A stretch of 32,000 nt of DNA from Candidatus Saccharimonadota bacterium (GTDB lineage Bacteria; Patescibacteriota; Gracilibacteria; BD1-5; UBA2023): the NCBI GenBank assembly GCA_963706795.1, contig OY970170.1:750001-782000 (forward strand). The letters run 5' to 3'. Position numbers and translations under genes: made by a program. Of this stretch, positions 16,296 to 25,077 are shown in pieces. How positions within the stretch are numbered: position 1 is the stretch's first letter; each line of letters begins with the position of its first letter. The notes beneath the pieces are model-generated. The model saw nothing but the letters and a program-made list of their open reading frames with translations, was not told the DNA's origin and did not search any database.

Positions 16296-18559
16296 GCTGT
16301 ATTAAGGCCCAAGATTTCTCGGGCATGAGAAGTAAACCAAGACAAGAATCCTCAAACGGATTTTGATTCGATACGGATGATGTGCGTCTCTTTGATATAC
16401 GAAGGCTCGAGAATACTAAAGAGGAAAGTTGCCGATGGAAGTATACGAACCGTATGAATTTCCTTGATGTTTTTGTCTATGAAATATGGCGTGTATTCTG
16501 CCGATATTGGTGCGATGACGGATTCTTTACGGAGCAGTTCTATAATGCGAGTTTCATTACGTTCTCGTGCTTCTTTTGGCATGTCGCGTGACTTGAGATC
16601 TTCGAGGAGGATGTCGAGACTCGGATTGCGAAGCTTCGAAAAATTATATCCATTCTCCGATTGTCCCGAATGAAAATACGGGAAAACATAGGTTCCAAGG
16701 AAGCCGAGATTTACTCCAGTTACGAGGATATCGTAGGATTTATTTCCGTTTTTTGTGGTGTTATTAATAGCATCTGGACTGTTTTCGATATCTTCAATCG
16801 TTGTGGCGATACCTGCACTTTCGAGAACTCCAGATACTTCTTTGGCTGTGTCGGAAACTTCGGGAGTGAGACTCAGCGATCGAATGACGAGCGAGAGTTT
16901 TTTACCTTCTTTGCTGTAGTAGTATTTTTCGTCGAGATTTGCGTATTTGCTTGTTGGAGTGATAGATCCTGTGTTTGTAGGAACTGCGATAGTTCCGGTA
17001 GCAGCCTGTGTGGTTGCACCAGAGAGCGTTGCCCCCGTTGCTAGAGTCATATCAGGAGTTGCTGGAGTCGAAGCTTTTGGAGCTACAGGAATTACTCCAA
17101 AGAGCTCGATTTTTTTAGCTTCTCGTGCTGCTGCGTCGGCGATCATATAGATCGTTATACTCTCTGAGGCTGTCTGCTTTCCAGCTTTTTCAAATGAGAG
17201 AACATAGGTATTTGCTCATTCTTTCAGATTACCGATATCAGTACGGGCTCGGTATGTAAATGTAGTATTTCCAGGATTGAAACTCTTGAGTCGGTATGCT
17301 CCGATATAAACCGCATCAACTCCTGTAGGTACACTTCCTGAGAGAACGATCTCGGATTTGGATTCGGATACGACAATGGTGTCGCGAGATGGTGTAGTAA
17401 AATACGTATTTTGATTGACCTTTTGAGGAGTTGGCTGAGTTGTTGGAGGAATTACTGGGGCAATGACTGGCGGAGGAGTGGCGACAACAGGAGCCGTTTT
17501 TTCCATCTCAAGAAGTGCCTTTTTGCGGAAATATCCGAGTGTAGCAAGACGTTTATCAATATCACCTGAGCCTGTCTCGACGACAGAAGTATCAGTAAAA
17601 AATGGATTTTTTACTGCGTAGTTCTGATTATCAGTCTCAGCAGGGCGGACCTTTGTAATGATTGGTAAAACAATCTGTCTAAGACCGAGAGACACACGCT
17701 CAGTATTGGCAAATGCTGCGATAAAGTCTGGCGTCAAAAATTTACCAGTATCAAATCGTGCTGATGGAGCCTCAGTTATCGAACTATCTGGATAGATAAA
17801 ATTGAGACTGTCAGTTTGAGCGAGGAGGTTTTCTTTGTCGGGATAAAATCGGAGTACAAACTTTGAATACCCAGCTCCATTCCATGGAATATTATTGCGC
17901 ATCAGCGAGATGCGTTCAGCCTGATGAATCGTATCATTGTCGCGCTTCTCTAGGCTGTATGGCCCTGAGAATACAGCATCTTCTGGCTTGATCGTACCGT
18001 TTCTAAATTTTTCGGTAACCGACTTTTTGATGATAGGTGTCGAGAGCAGATGGACAAGTTCACTCGAAGGAGTCGAAGATCGGAACACAATAGCGTCGCC
18101 CTCACGAGTAATTGCAAGTTTTGCGAGACTCGATTGCATCTTTTTGTTGATGTCGGTCTCCGCAAGGAGTGAATAGGTCGCGAGAATATCCTCATCTGTG
18201 ATCTTTTCACCTGTACTCCAAACGGAGCCCTGTTTAAAATAACATCGAACTTCGCCGTAACTCTTAGAGAGATCACAGTTTGCGAGATCTCATTCCATTG
18301 AGCCGGTTTCGATGTTGTATTTAAGAAGACCACGGTACAGGAATCGAAGTGCAAAATCATTACCGCCGTCGAGTCGATATTGTGTAGGATTGAGACTCGG
18401 ATTTCCTCCGATTATTCCAACTGTGAGCGTGCCACCCTTCTCGGGGACAGTCTCTGCACCCTCATAAATGTAGAGCGCAATAATATGTGCCGCCGTAGCG
18501 ACACTGAAAATACAAGCAAGTAGGAATAAGTACTTCTTAATGCGAGAGTAGAGCTGCAT
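16280..18559 (-). CDS. Large extracellular solute-binding-protein family 5 (OppA/NikA-like) protein with inserted Pro/Thr linkers and a beta-sandwich-like module, 759 aa
   Basis: Three track ORFs (18290-18559, 17216-18139, 16352-17146) share one frame and fuse through TGA codons. The N-terminal TM/signal region is followed by KGGTLTVGIIGGNPSLNP...ALRFLYRGLLKYN, which is typical of SBP_bac_5. Reading through TGA 16352-16354 extends the frame to TAG 16280. Confidence 0.8.
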
Positions 18560-18572
18560 AAAAAGTTTTTGG

Positions 18573-18794
18573 CTAAGCGCCGAGGAAGAAAAGTGCAGTT
18601 GAGAGCGCTACAAAAACGACTGCGAGAACAATGGTGATAACGTGGAGAGCTTTTTCTGGTCCACGTTTTTCGAACTTTCCGAAGTCACCAGATCCTGGCG
18701 CAAGAGAGAGACCAGTACCTTTAGACTGAATAACGACGAGGAGACAAAGAAGCACGCTATCGGCTACGAGGATCCACTTGAGAATTTCAAACAT
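18573..18794 (-). CDS. secG: Preprotein translocase subunit SecG
   Basis: 73 aa with two TM helices. VVIQSKGTGLSLAPGSG matches the SecG loop (lLQ.gKG.Gl...fG). Confidence 0.85.
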   Translation of the reverse strand: MFEILKWILVADSVLLCLLVVIQSKGTGLSLAPGSGDFGKFEKRGPEKALHVITIVLAVVFVALSTALFFLGA

Positions 18795-18799
18795 GATTT

Positions 18800-19159
18800 C
18801 TACTTAAAAAAAACGCTATAGAGTGTATTGAAGAGCGTGAAAATCACAACCGAAATAGCGAAGTTCACAAAGCTTCCTGTCGAAAACGCGACTCACGCAA
18901 TGTTGAGCGCGCTAATAATCTTTTCGAGTAACCCGAGAATTACCGCATTAATGATGATCGAAAAGAGTCCAAATGTGATAATAATCAGCGGAAACCCAAA
19001 AATTTTGAGAATCGGCTTCACAAATGTATTTAAAAGACCAAGTACCACGCCTCAGACAAAATAGAGTTTCCATCCGCCGGTTGCCATGACTTCTGGCAAA
19101 AAGAACTGAATGGCAAACAATATAAGACCGTTCGCGATGATCGAAAGAAATATGCGCAT
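18800..19159 (-). CDS. Phage-holin-4_2 / YvlD-like small membrane protein, 119 aa
   Basis: Missed by the track because of two in-frame TGA codons. The translation MRIFLSIIANGLILFAIQFFLPEVMATGGWKLYFV(G)GVVLGLLNTFVKPILKIFGFPLIIITFGLFSIIINAVILGLL... matches the family core (lglvNtfvkPil..l.lP..ilTlGLF.lviNa). Confidence 0.7.
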
Positions 19160-19250
19160 ATGCTATAGGAAACGTAATACGAGTATATCTTCCACCTCAA
19201 AAATTCAATTGTTTTGAATTTTACGTCCTTTCTTCTACAATTTTGCGCAT

Positions 19251-20018
19251 ATGAAGCAACTTCCAAAAATCCTCCTCGGTGTTGGCGTGATCATTTCTTG
19301 GTCACATTTTTCACCTATTTTTGCTGCGAGCGGAGAAAGTATCGATACTCTTTTGGGTGATCTCGATAAGAGTGAACAGGCTGCGTCAGCTGCGCCGGAT
19401 GATAGCACTCCACAAAATACTGCAAGCTCGCAGAGTACGACAAACTCCAGCACTTCCCCTGCCAATGCTGATACGAGTACGCCGCCAAGTGCTCAAGCAA
19501 TCGATGGAAGCTCCACGACTGCAGACCCATATGCGAATGAAACAAAAAAACTCGAGAGTCAACAAACAGATCCTTACGCGAACGAAACAAAAAAACTCGC
19601 AGGACAGGGAGATACAGCTGCTTCTACTGCTGCAAGCACCCCTTCACCGACTACTAAAAATCCATGCGACGGGGCGACTGCGAGTGACCTCAGATGTGCG
19701 AGCTTTAAATTTGATCCCAATACTTTTGCTCCTGGCTCCGGTCCAGGCTATTACAACGGCGATAAAGAAGGAACTCAGGGTGGTAATACCGTTCAAATGC
19801 TTCGTAAGGTTGCACAGTTTTTACTCGTAGTGGTGAGTACGGGGGCGGTGATCTTTATTACGATTGGAGGTTTCTTGATGGCGATTTCTGCAGGAGATTC
19901 GGATCGTTCAACCAAGGGTCGTACAATCATTACCTATAACATTCAGGCGCTCGTTGTCGCGCTGCTTGCATACGGTATTATTCAATTCGTAATCTGGATT
20001 TTATGAGGTCTAAGCTAG
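19251..20018 (+). CDS. VirB2/TrbC-like (T4SS-pilin-like) protein 1, with a long Ser/Thr/Ala-rich N-terminal region and two DPYANETKKL repeats
   Basis: A signal peptide, a low-complexity region, a Cys pair, then two TM helices around GGFLMAISAGDSDRSTKGR. TGA 20004-20006 is read as Gly. Stop TAG at 20016-20018. Confidence 0.75.
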
Positions 20019-20368
20019 TACTGGCGATTTTTATTCTACTTGTGGCAAATGGGCTTGATTGTGCTCATGCTGCAGGTGCTCTCAATGCTCTGCCTGATGT
20101 GGACAAGGGTATTGGATTGCCATTTCAAAATGAGAGCGTGGGTCCAGCTGGATATATAGGGAAGATCATCAAAGAGGTTATAAAGTACACAGGACTGCTC
20201 GCCATCCTTGCATTGACCTATGGGGGTATCCTCATGATGCTCTCATACGGAGATGATGGCAAGATTAAGGGTGCAAAAAATATCATCACCTATGCTCTCG
20301 TTGGAATAGTGCTTTCTGGCGCAGCATATGCTATCATCGACGCGGTTAATTCCCTTAAAATCAACTAA
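20003..20368 (+). CDS. VirB2/TrbC-like (T4SS-pilin-like) protein 2, 121 aa
   Basis: A signal peptide, then two TM helices around YGGILMMLSYGDDGKIKGAK. Overlaps the upstream gene by 16 nt. Confidence 0.75.
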   Translation: MRSKLVLAIFILLVANGLDCAHAAGALNALPDVDKGIGLPFQNESVGPAGYIGKIIKEVIKYTGLLAILALTYGGILMMLSYGDDGKIKGAKNIITYALVGIVLSGAAYAIIDAVNSLKIN

Positions 20369-20733
20369 TGAAACGTCTTACTACGTTCTTGATCTTAGCT
20401 TTGGGGCTCGTCCTTATGGGTACGGCCTTTGCGGATCAATCTACTGCGGATCTCATGCTCGTTGGAGGTGGTACGTCGAGTGCAATGGCAGATACGAATG
20501 TATCACTCAAGGATAATTTCCTCAAAACCATCCAGGTCTATCTCATCTCGGCATATGGACTCATTGCCGTTGGGATATTTATCTTTATAGGTTTCCGACT
20601 CTTTAATGCTCGTGGAAATCCACAAGAATTCAAACAGGCATGGGTCGCATTTGCGTATACAGTAGTCGGACTTTCTCTCGCTCCGCTCGCTTTTGTCATC
20701 GTACGAATCGTCACTGGCTTTTCTATCTCGTAG
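20368..20733 (+). CDS. VirB2/TrbC-like small two-TM protein 3, 121 aa
   Basis: A signal peptide (MKRLTTFLILALGLVLMGTAFA) and two TM helices separated by FNARGNPQEFK. Its start overlaps the upstream stop (TAATG). Confidence 0.7.
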   Translation: MKRLTTFLILALGLVLMGTAFADQSTADLMLVGGGTSSAMADTNVSLKDNFLKTIQVYLISAYGLIAVGIFIFIGFRLFNARGNPQEFKQAWVAFAYTVVGLSLAPLAFVIVRIVTGFSIS

Positions 20734-20736
20734 CAT

Positions 20737-21297
20737 ATGAATATGATCCGCTTCGTGCTCTTACTTCTCGTAGTTACTCAGACTTTTTTGGGTACGGGTT
20801 TTGCAGTTTTTGCAGATAATCCAGGCATGGGAAGTTACGATGGAACGACACCCGCACCAAAAACAGAAGCCGACCCCTATGCCAATGAGACTAAAAAACT
20901 CAGTGGACAATGAAACCAAGGGGCAAACACTGCAACACCCACAGCAGGATCTGAAGATTCAGGGCCATGTTCGTATCAGGAATGATCTTCGGTATCCGAT
21001 ATGCTCAGTGGTTGTCAGCCAAACAAGGTCATTACTGCGGATAATTACGACTATAAAACTGGTGCGCGAGACCGCATCGTGGCAATTGCCAATCAGATTA
21101 TCATCGTTGGATCACTTCTCTCTATTGGTGCGATCGTCTATGCAGGATTTCTCTATGTAACCTCAATGGGTGACGACGAGCGTATCAAAACCGGTAAGAA
21201 TTCCCTCAAATTTGGAATTATTGGATTTGTGGTCATGCTCCTCTCATTTCCTCTCGTTAATGCCATCGTCCGTCTCTTTTATCAGATCGGAGGATAG
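20737..21297 (+). CDS. VirB2/TrbC-like (T4SS-pilin-like) protein 4, 186 aa, with one DPYANETKKL motif
   Basis: ATG 20737 and the track ORF at 21001-21297 are in the same frame, joined through two TGA codons. It has a signal peptide, a Cys pair, and two TM helices around YAGFLYVTSMGDDERIKTGK. Confidence 0.75.
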
Positions 21298-21299
21298 AT

Positions 21300-22136
21300 A
21301 TGAAGTTCCCTAGATCAGCCGTTATTCTCTTTGCATTTTATGCAGCGCTTTTTAGCGCTCTTTTGCTTTTTGTACAGGTGGCATATTCTCCGATTAGTGG
21401 GAATTCTCCTTCTCAATCTGAGAATATCGAAGCATCAGACCTTCATTTTGATATGACTTCTTCTGGTCTCACAGCTCGTGAACAGGTGATTCAACGTCTT
21501 GAAAGTGCACCCGAAAAACCCCCCTACGAAATCATCCTTCGAGCGACCAGTGATCGTGCGCCAGCACTCAAAAAACTTCTCGAGTCTACGCTCGCCTCAT
21601 CTTTTATATCCGAGCGTGTAACACCGATTTCTGTCGAAATGGTTGATAATCGCACGGAGCCACGTGGGCAGACTTCGAATGCTGGGGTTAGTATTATTGC
21701 TACGATTCCTTCGGATAGCGAATTTCTCAAGGTATTTGTGCACGAATTGGGTCACGTAGTAGATCTACATTTTTTGATGAAAAAAACCTTTTCATCTGAT
21801 CCAAGCGATGAATTTTATGCAATCTCATGGATCGACTACAACCAAAAGAAAAAAGGGATGAATGTCGACGATTTTGTGAGTGGATATGCGCTCACAAACA
21901 AATATGAGGACTTTGCAGAATCATTCGCATTTTATGTATTTCATAATGACGAATTCAAGCGACGTGCCTCTAAAAATGCATCGCTTGCGCGAAAATATAA
22001 TTTCCTCGCGGATAATGTCTTTGCTTCGGCAGAATTTCAGGGTACTTCGTTTGAGGCTAAGAGTGTTCCCAGCTATATTTGGGACACGACCAAAGTTGCC
22101 ATCAAAACAAACAAATATTTGTTTTACCTGCGATAA
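21300..22136 (+). CDS. Membrane-anchored HExxH zinc metallopeptidase (gluzincin-like)
   Basis: An N-terminal TM helix, VFVHELGHVVD (HExxH), and about 55 aa downstream YEDFAESFAFYVF, a candidate third-ligand Glu as in the MtfA/ATLF-like families. GGAGG lies 6 nt before the ATG. Confidence 0.75.
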   Translation: MKFPRSAVILFAFYAALFSALLLFVQVAYSPISGNSPSQSENIEASDLHFDMTSSGLTAREQVIQRLESAPEKPPYEIILRATSDRAPALKKLLESTLASSFISERVTPISVEMVDNRTEPRGQTSNAGVSIIATIPSDSEFLKVFVHELGHVVDLHFLMKKTFSSDPSDEFYAISWIDYNQKKKGMNVDDFVSGYALTNKYEDFAESFAFYVFHNDEFKRRASKNASLARKYNFLADNVFASAEFQGTSFEAKSVPSYIWDTTKVAIKTNKYLFYLR

Positions 22137-22326
22137 ACGCTATACTTCCTCTTGTAAATTTATTCCGCCCTTGCAGATGGAATATCGAGATATCTCTATT
22201 TTGGAGGCAAATCTCACCTCACATCCTTTTTAATCAGAGTCATCCCACTTTTGTGCGTATGTCTCGCGTTCGTAGATAGCTCAGAACCATGTGGTTTACA
22301 GGTATTTACGAGCAAAGCTCGGTTCT

Positions 22327-22869
22327 ATGACTGACCAAAACATTCATTCCTCCTCGGGTGAATTGGGCCAGATCGAGAGACAACAAAACCCTTCCGCTCC
22401 CAAAAAGAACAGAAGAGGTCCACGAAGGCGTCCAAATAAGCGACAGAGTGATTCACTCATATTCGCAAATCAGCCAAATCAGTCCCGATCTCACCAATCC
22501 AAAGAAAAACCTGTTCCAGGTTCTTCGTCCCGCTCCAAACAACCACTCCCCAAACACATCGAAGAGAATCGTTCTCTTATGTCGTCTGCTGGAGTGATGG
22601 TTGCTTCTTTTGTGGTCGATAGTGCGACACGATCCCTTCTCCAACCACCAAGACTCGAGAGTCGAGGGTATTTGCTTCCAAATGAAGTTCGTAATGCTCA
22701 TGCGAAGCTCCAAAAAGCTGCACGTTCCAGTTATGAAGTAACGATCCAAGATATTCCCGATATAGAAGAAAAAGATCTCGTTCGCCTCATCAAACAAGAT
22801 CTCGAGAAATGCTCAGAACAAACACTCAAAAAAACACCACTCATTATCCCACTTATTCATACACTTTAG
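22327..22869 (+). CDS. Hypothetical protein with a basic, disordered N-terminal half
   Basis: ORF in the operon position just before rnj. ATG 22327 is preferred to GTG 22291. PKKNRRGPRRRPNKRQ is low-complexity. No family recognised. Confidence 0.55.
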   Translation: MTDQNIHSSSGELGQIERQQNPSAPKKNRRGPRRRPNKRQSDSLIFANQPNQSRSHQSKEKPVPGSSSRSKQPLPKHIEENRSLMSSAGVMVASFVVDSATRSLLQPPRLESRGYLLPNEVRNAHAKLQKAARSSYEVTIQDIPDIEEKDLVRLIKQDLEKCSEQTLKKTPLIIPLIHTL

Positions 22870-22871
22870 CA

Positions 22872-24845
22872 ATGAATCCTCTAGAAGACGCAAACGCGCA
22901 ACCAAATAGCGAAAACACTCCAGCTCCACAGCCTTCTCAGGCTCGACCTCCTCGTGCTTACGAAGGAAAAAATCCAAAATCTCAAGCTCCGTCTGACAGA
23001 GCTCCAAAGCCTCCACGCGAGCGTAGTGGATATTTTGCAGGAAAAGATACAAAGCCTTCAGCTGGTCCCGAAAAACTCGAGCCAGGCGCGAGCTTCATCT
23101 CGATTCCAAAATGGCGAAATAAGCGCTCATTCCCATTTGTAACACCACAACAGGCGCTCAAAAAATTCCTCGGTTATGAGGAACTCCGCCCAACTCCAAC
23201 ACCAAAGGACGTACTCCGCATTATCCCATTTGGAGGAGTAGAGCAGGTAGGTCTCAACTGTACTGGATTTGAATACAACGGAGAAGTTCTCATCATCGAC
23301 ATGGGTCTCCAATTTGCTGACCAGTATCAGCACGGTATCTCATGCTCGATCCCAGATCTCAGCTATATTAAGGGTAAAAAACTCGCCGGAATCGTCATCA
23401 CTCACGGACATATCGACCATATTGGTGCGATGCCGTACGCAATCAAACAGCTTGGACGAAATGTTCCAACCTTTGCAACATCCATGGCCTACGAGCTCAT
23501 GGCCATGAAGCAGGCTGAAAACAACGCTCCGATGACTAATCTCGAGCGCATCAATCGCAATGTACCTATTCAGGTAGGAGAGCATTTTCAGATTATGCCA
23601 TTTACGGTTGATCACTCAATCCCTGACTCAGTAGGTATTCTCATCGAAACTCCGGTTGGACGATTTGTTCATACTGGTGACTGGAAATTTGATAAAACTC
23701 CACTTCCATATCGTCCAAGTACTGACTACTCACTCCTGGATTCAATCGGAAATCGCGGTGTTCGCGCTCTTCTCTCTGACTCAACGAATGCCCATCTTAT
23801 GGGTTCGTCTATCTCAGAATCCGAAGTCGTTCGCTCGATCGAAGAAATCTTTGAAAAATCAGAAGGACGCGTTATTACTGCGACATTCTCATCGATCATC
23901 GACCGTGTCATGATCATTATCTCCGCAGCCGAAAAATACAACCGCAAGGTCGTGCTTCTCGGACGTGGAATGAATAACTACATGGATATTGCCTTCAAGC
24001 TCGGATATGCTCGTCCAAAGCCAGGAACGATCATCTCTATGGAAGAAGCAAATCGCCTTCCAGACAACGAAGTAACTATTTGTTGTACAGGAGCGCAGGG
24101 TGAGCGTTATGCTGCTCTCATGCGTATCGCAACCGGTGAATCCAAGGACACAAGTCTCCGAGCTACGGATATCGTAGTATTCTCATCTTCGGTTATCCCA
24201 GGAAATGAGCGTGCGGTACAGGGGCTCTTTGATATCATCCTCACACAAGGACCTCGCATCTATCAGTACAAAGAATCCGAAATCCATGCCGGAGGACATG
24301 CCCGTGCCGAAGACACTAAAAAGATGATTAGTCATATTCGACCAGAAGTCTTCATGCCGGTCTACGGATATCCACACATGCTCCACGGTAATGCCCGCAA
24401 TGCCTACGAAGTCGGCTACTCTAAAGAGCGTGTAGTGATCACTCGCAATGGCCAGATCGTCGAATTTACCAAGGACGACTACCGTCTCACAGACATGTTC
24501 GTATCTCACCGTCTCCTTACCGTTGACGGATACATGGTCGGTATCACCAAAGAACCTGAACTCCACGATCGTGAGCAGCTCAAGGCTGGTGGTGTAGTTG
24601 CTGTCTCTATTGCCAAGAAGCCAGGAGATTTCCTCTTCAAACTTGATACCGCAGGATTCCCTGGTTTCCAAAATTTCCCTCGCCTCGAGTCTCGTATTAT
24701 CGATCTCCTCGACAATACCCTCAAAAACGAAATCCAGCGCTTCCAAAACGCCGAAGCCTTCAAAGAATTCGCTTCTAAAAAGGTTGCAGATGTCATATTT
24801 GAAGAGACGGGGAAGGAACCAATGGTTATCGTCCTCGTTCACTAG
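22872..24845 (+). CDS. rnj: Ribonuclease J (metallo-beta-lactamase / beta-CASP) with a ~113-aa Pro/Lys-rich N-terminal extension
   Basis: LRIIPFGGVEQVGLNCTGFEY, ITHGHIDHIGA (HxHxDH), TGDWKFD, DSTNA and HAGGHA motifs. Stop TAG at 24843-24845. Confidence 0.92.
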   Translation: MNPLEDANAQPNSENTPAPQPSQARPPRAYEGKNPKSQAPSDRAPKPPRERSGYFAGKDTKPSAGPEKLEPGASFISIPKWRNKRSFPFVTPQQALKKFLGYEELRPTPTPKDVLRIIPFGGVEQVGLNCTGFEYNGEVLIIDMGLQFADQYQHGISCSIPDLSYIKGKKLAGIVITHGHIDHIGAMPYAIKQLGRNVPTFATSMAYELMAMKQAENNAPMTNLERINRNVPIQVGEHFQIMPFTVDHSIPDSVGILIETPVGRFVHTGDWKFDKTPLPYRPSTDYSLLDSIGNRGVRALLSDSTNAHLMGSSISESEVVRSIEEIFEKSEGRVITATFSSIIDRVMIIISAAEKYNRKVVLLGRGMNNYMDIAFKLGYARPKPGTIISMEEANRLPDNEVTICCTGAQGERYAALMRIATGESKDTSLRATDIVVFSSSVIPGNERAVQGLFDIILTQGPRIYQYKESEIHAGGHARAEDTKKMISHIRPEVFMPVYGYPHMLHGNARNAYEVGYSKERVVITRNGQIVEFTKDDYRLTDMFVSHRLLTVDGYMVGITKEPELHDREQLKAGGVVAVSIAKKPGDFLFKLDTAGFPGFQNFPRLESRIIDLLDNTLKNEIQRFQNAEAFKEFASKKVADVIFEETGKEPMVIVLVH

Positions 24846-24850
24846 TTGGG

Positions 24851-24972
24851 GAATTTCCTCCAAAACGCGAACTTCACGTTCAAAGCTCCGTTTCCTCGCT
24901 CGGAGTAGCTTCCGCTACACCTTGCAGCGGTTCTCGCTTTTCACGCGAATTTCATCGTTTTTGAGGAAATTC
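24851..24972. other. ~122-nt highly structured element (long imperfect closing helix plus internal hairpins); candidate ncRNA or 3'-UTR element
   Basis: GAATTTCCTCCAAAACG (24851-24867) pairs with CGTTTTTGAGGAAATTC (24956-24972) at 16/17 positions. The helix continues with GAACTTCACG/CGCGAATTTC. Internal hairpins include GTAGC-TTCC-GCTAC (a GGAA tetraloop on the minus strand) and CCGCT...AGCGG. Confidence 0.35.
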
Positions 24973-24990
24973 TGAGGTGTATATGTTTAA

Positions 24991-25022
24991 AAAAATCACC
25001 CCGTTTCGGGGTGATTTTTTTA
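24991..25022 (+). terminator. Intrinsic terminator (ATCACCCCG-TTT-CGGGGTGAT plus T7)
   Basis: 9-bp GC-rich stem flanked by A7 and T7. Confidence 0.75.
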
Positions 25023-25045
25023 TTTTGTTGAATTTTTGCCATATT

Positions 25046-25071
25046 AAAAACCATCGTGAGATGGTTTTTTT
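25046..25071 (-). terminator. Hairpin terminator 3' of 25078-25485
   Basis: AAAAACCATC-GTGA-GATGGTTTTTTT. Confidence 0.65.
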
Positions 25072-25077
25072 ATACAA

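Noticed and set aside
19315-19830. Alternative-frame ORFs overlapping the Ser/Thr-rich part of pilin-like gene 1.
   Set aside because: These are artefacts of low-complexity sequence. Only the frame with a signal peptide and the C-terminal two-TM domain is coherent.
22255-22326. A tRNA-like string (TAGCTCAG) and small hairpins upstream of gene 22327.
   Set aside because: No acceptor stem, anticodon arm or T-arm (GTTCRANNC) can be drawn. It is more likely part of a 5' UTR.
24851-24972. Possible identity of the structured element as SRP (4.5S) RNA, 6S RNA or a MITE.
   Set aside because: The GGAA tetraloop hairpin lacks the conserved SRP helix-8 GGAAGCAGCC context. No 6S-type central bubble can be argued by eye. 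No target-site duplication flanks the inverted repeats. It is kept only as an unclassified element.
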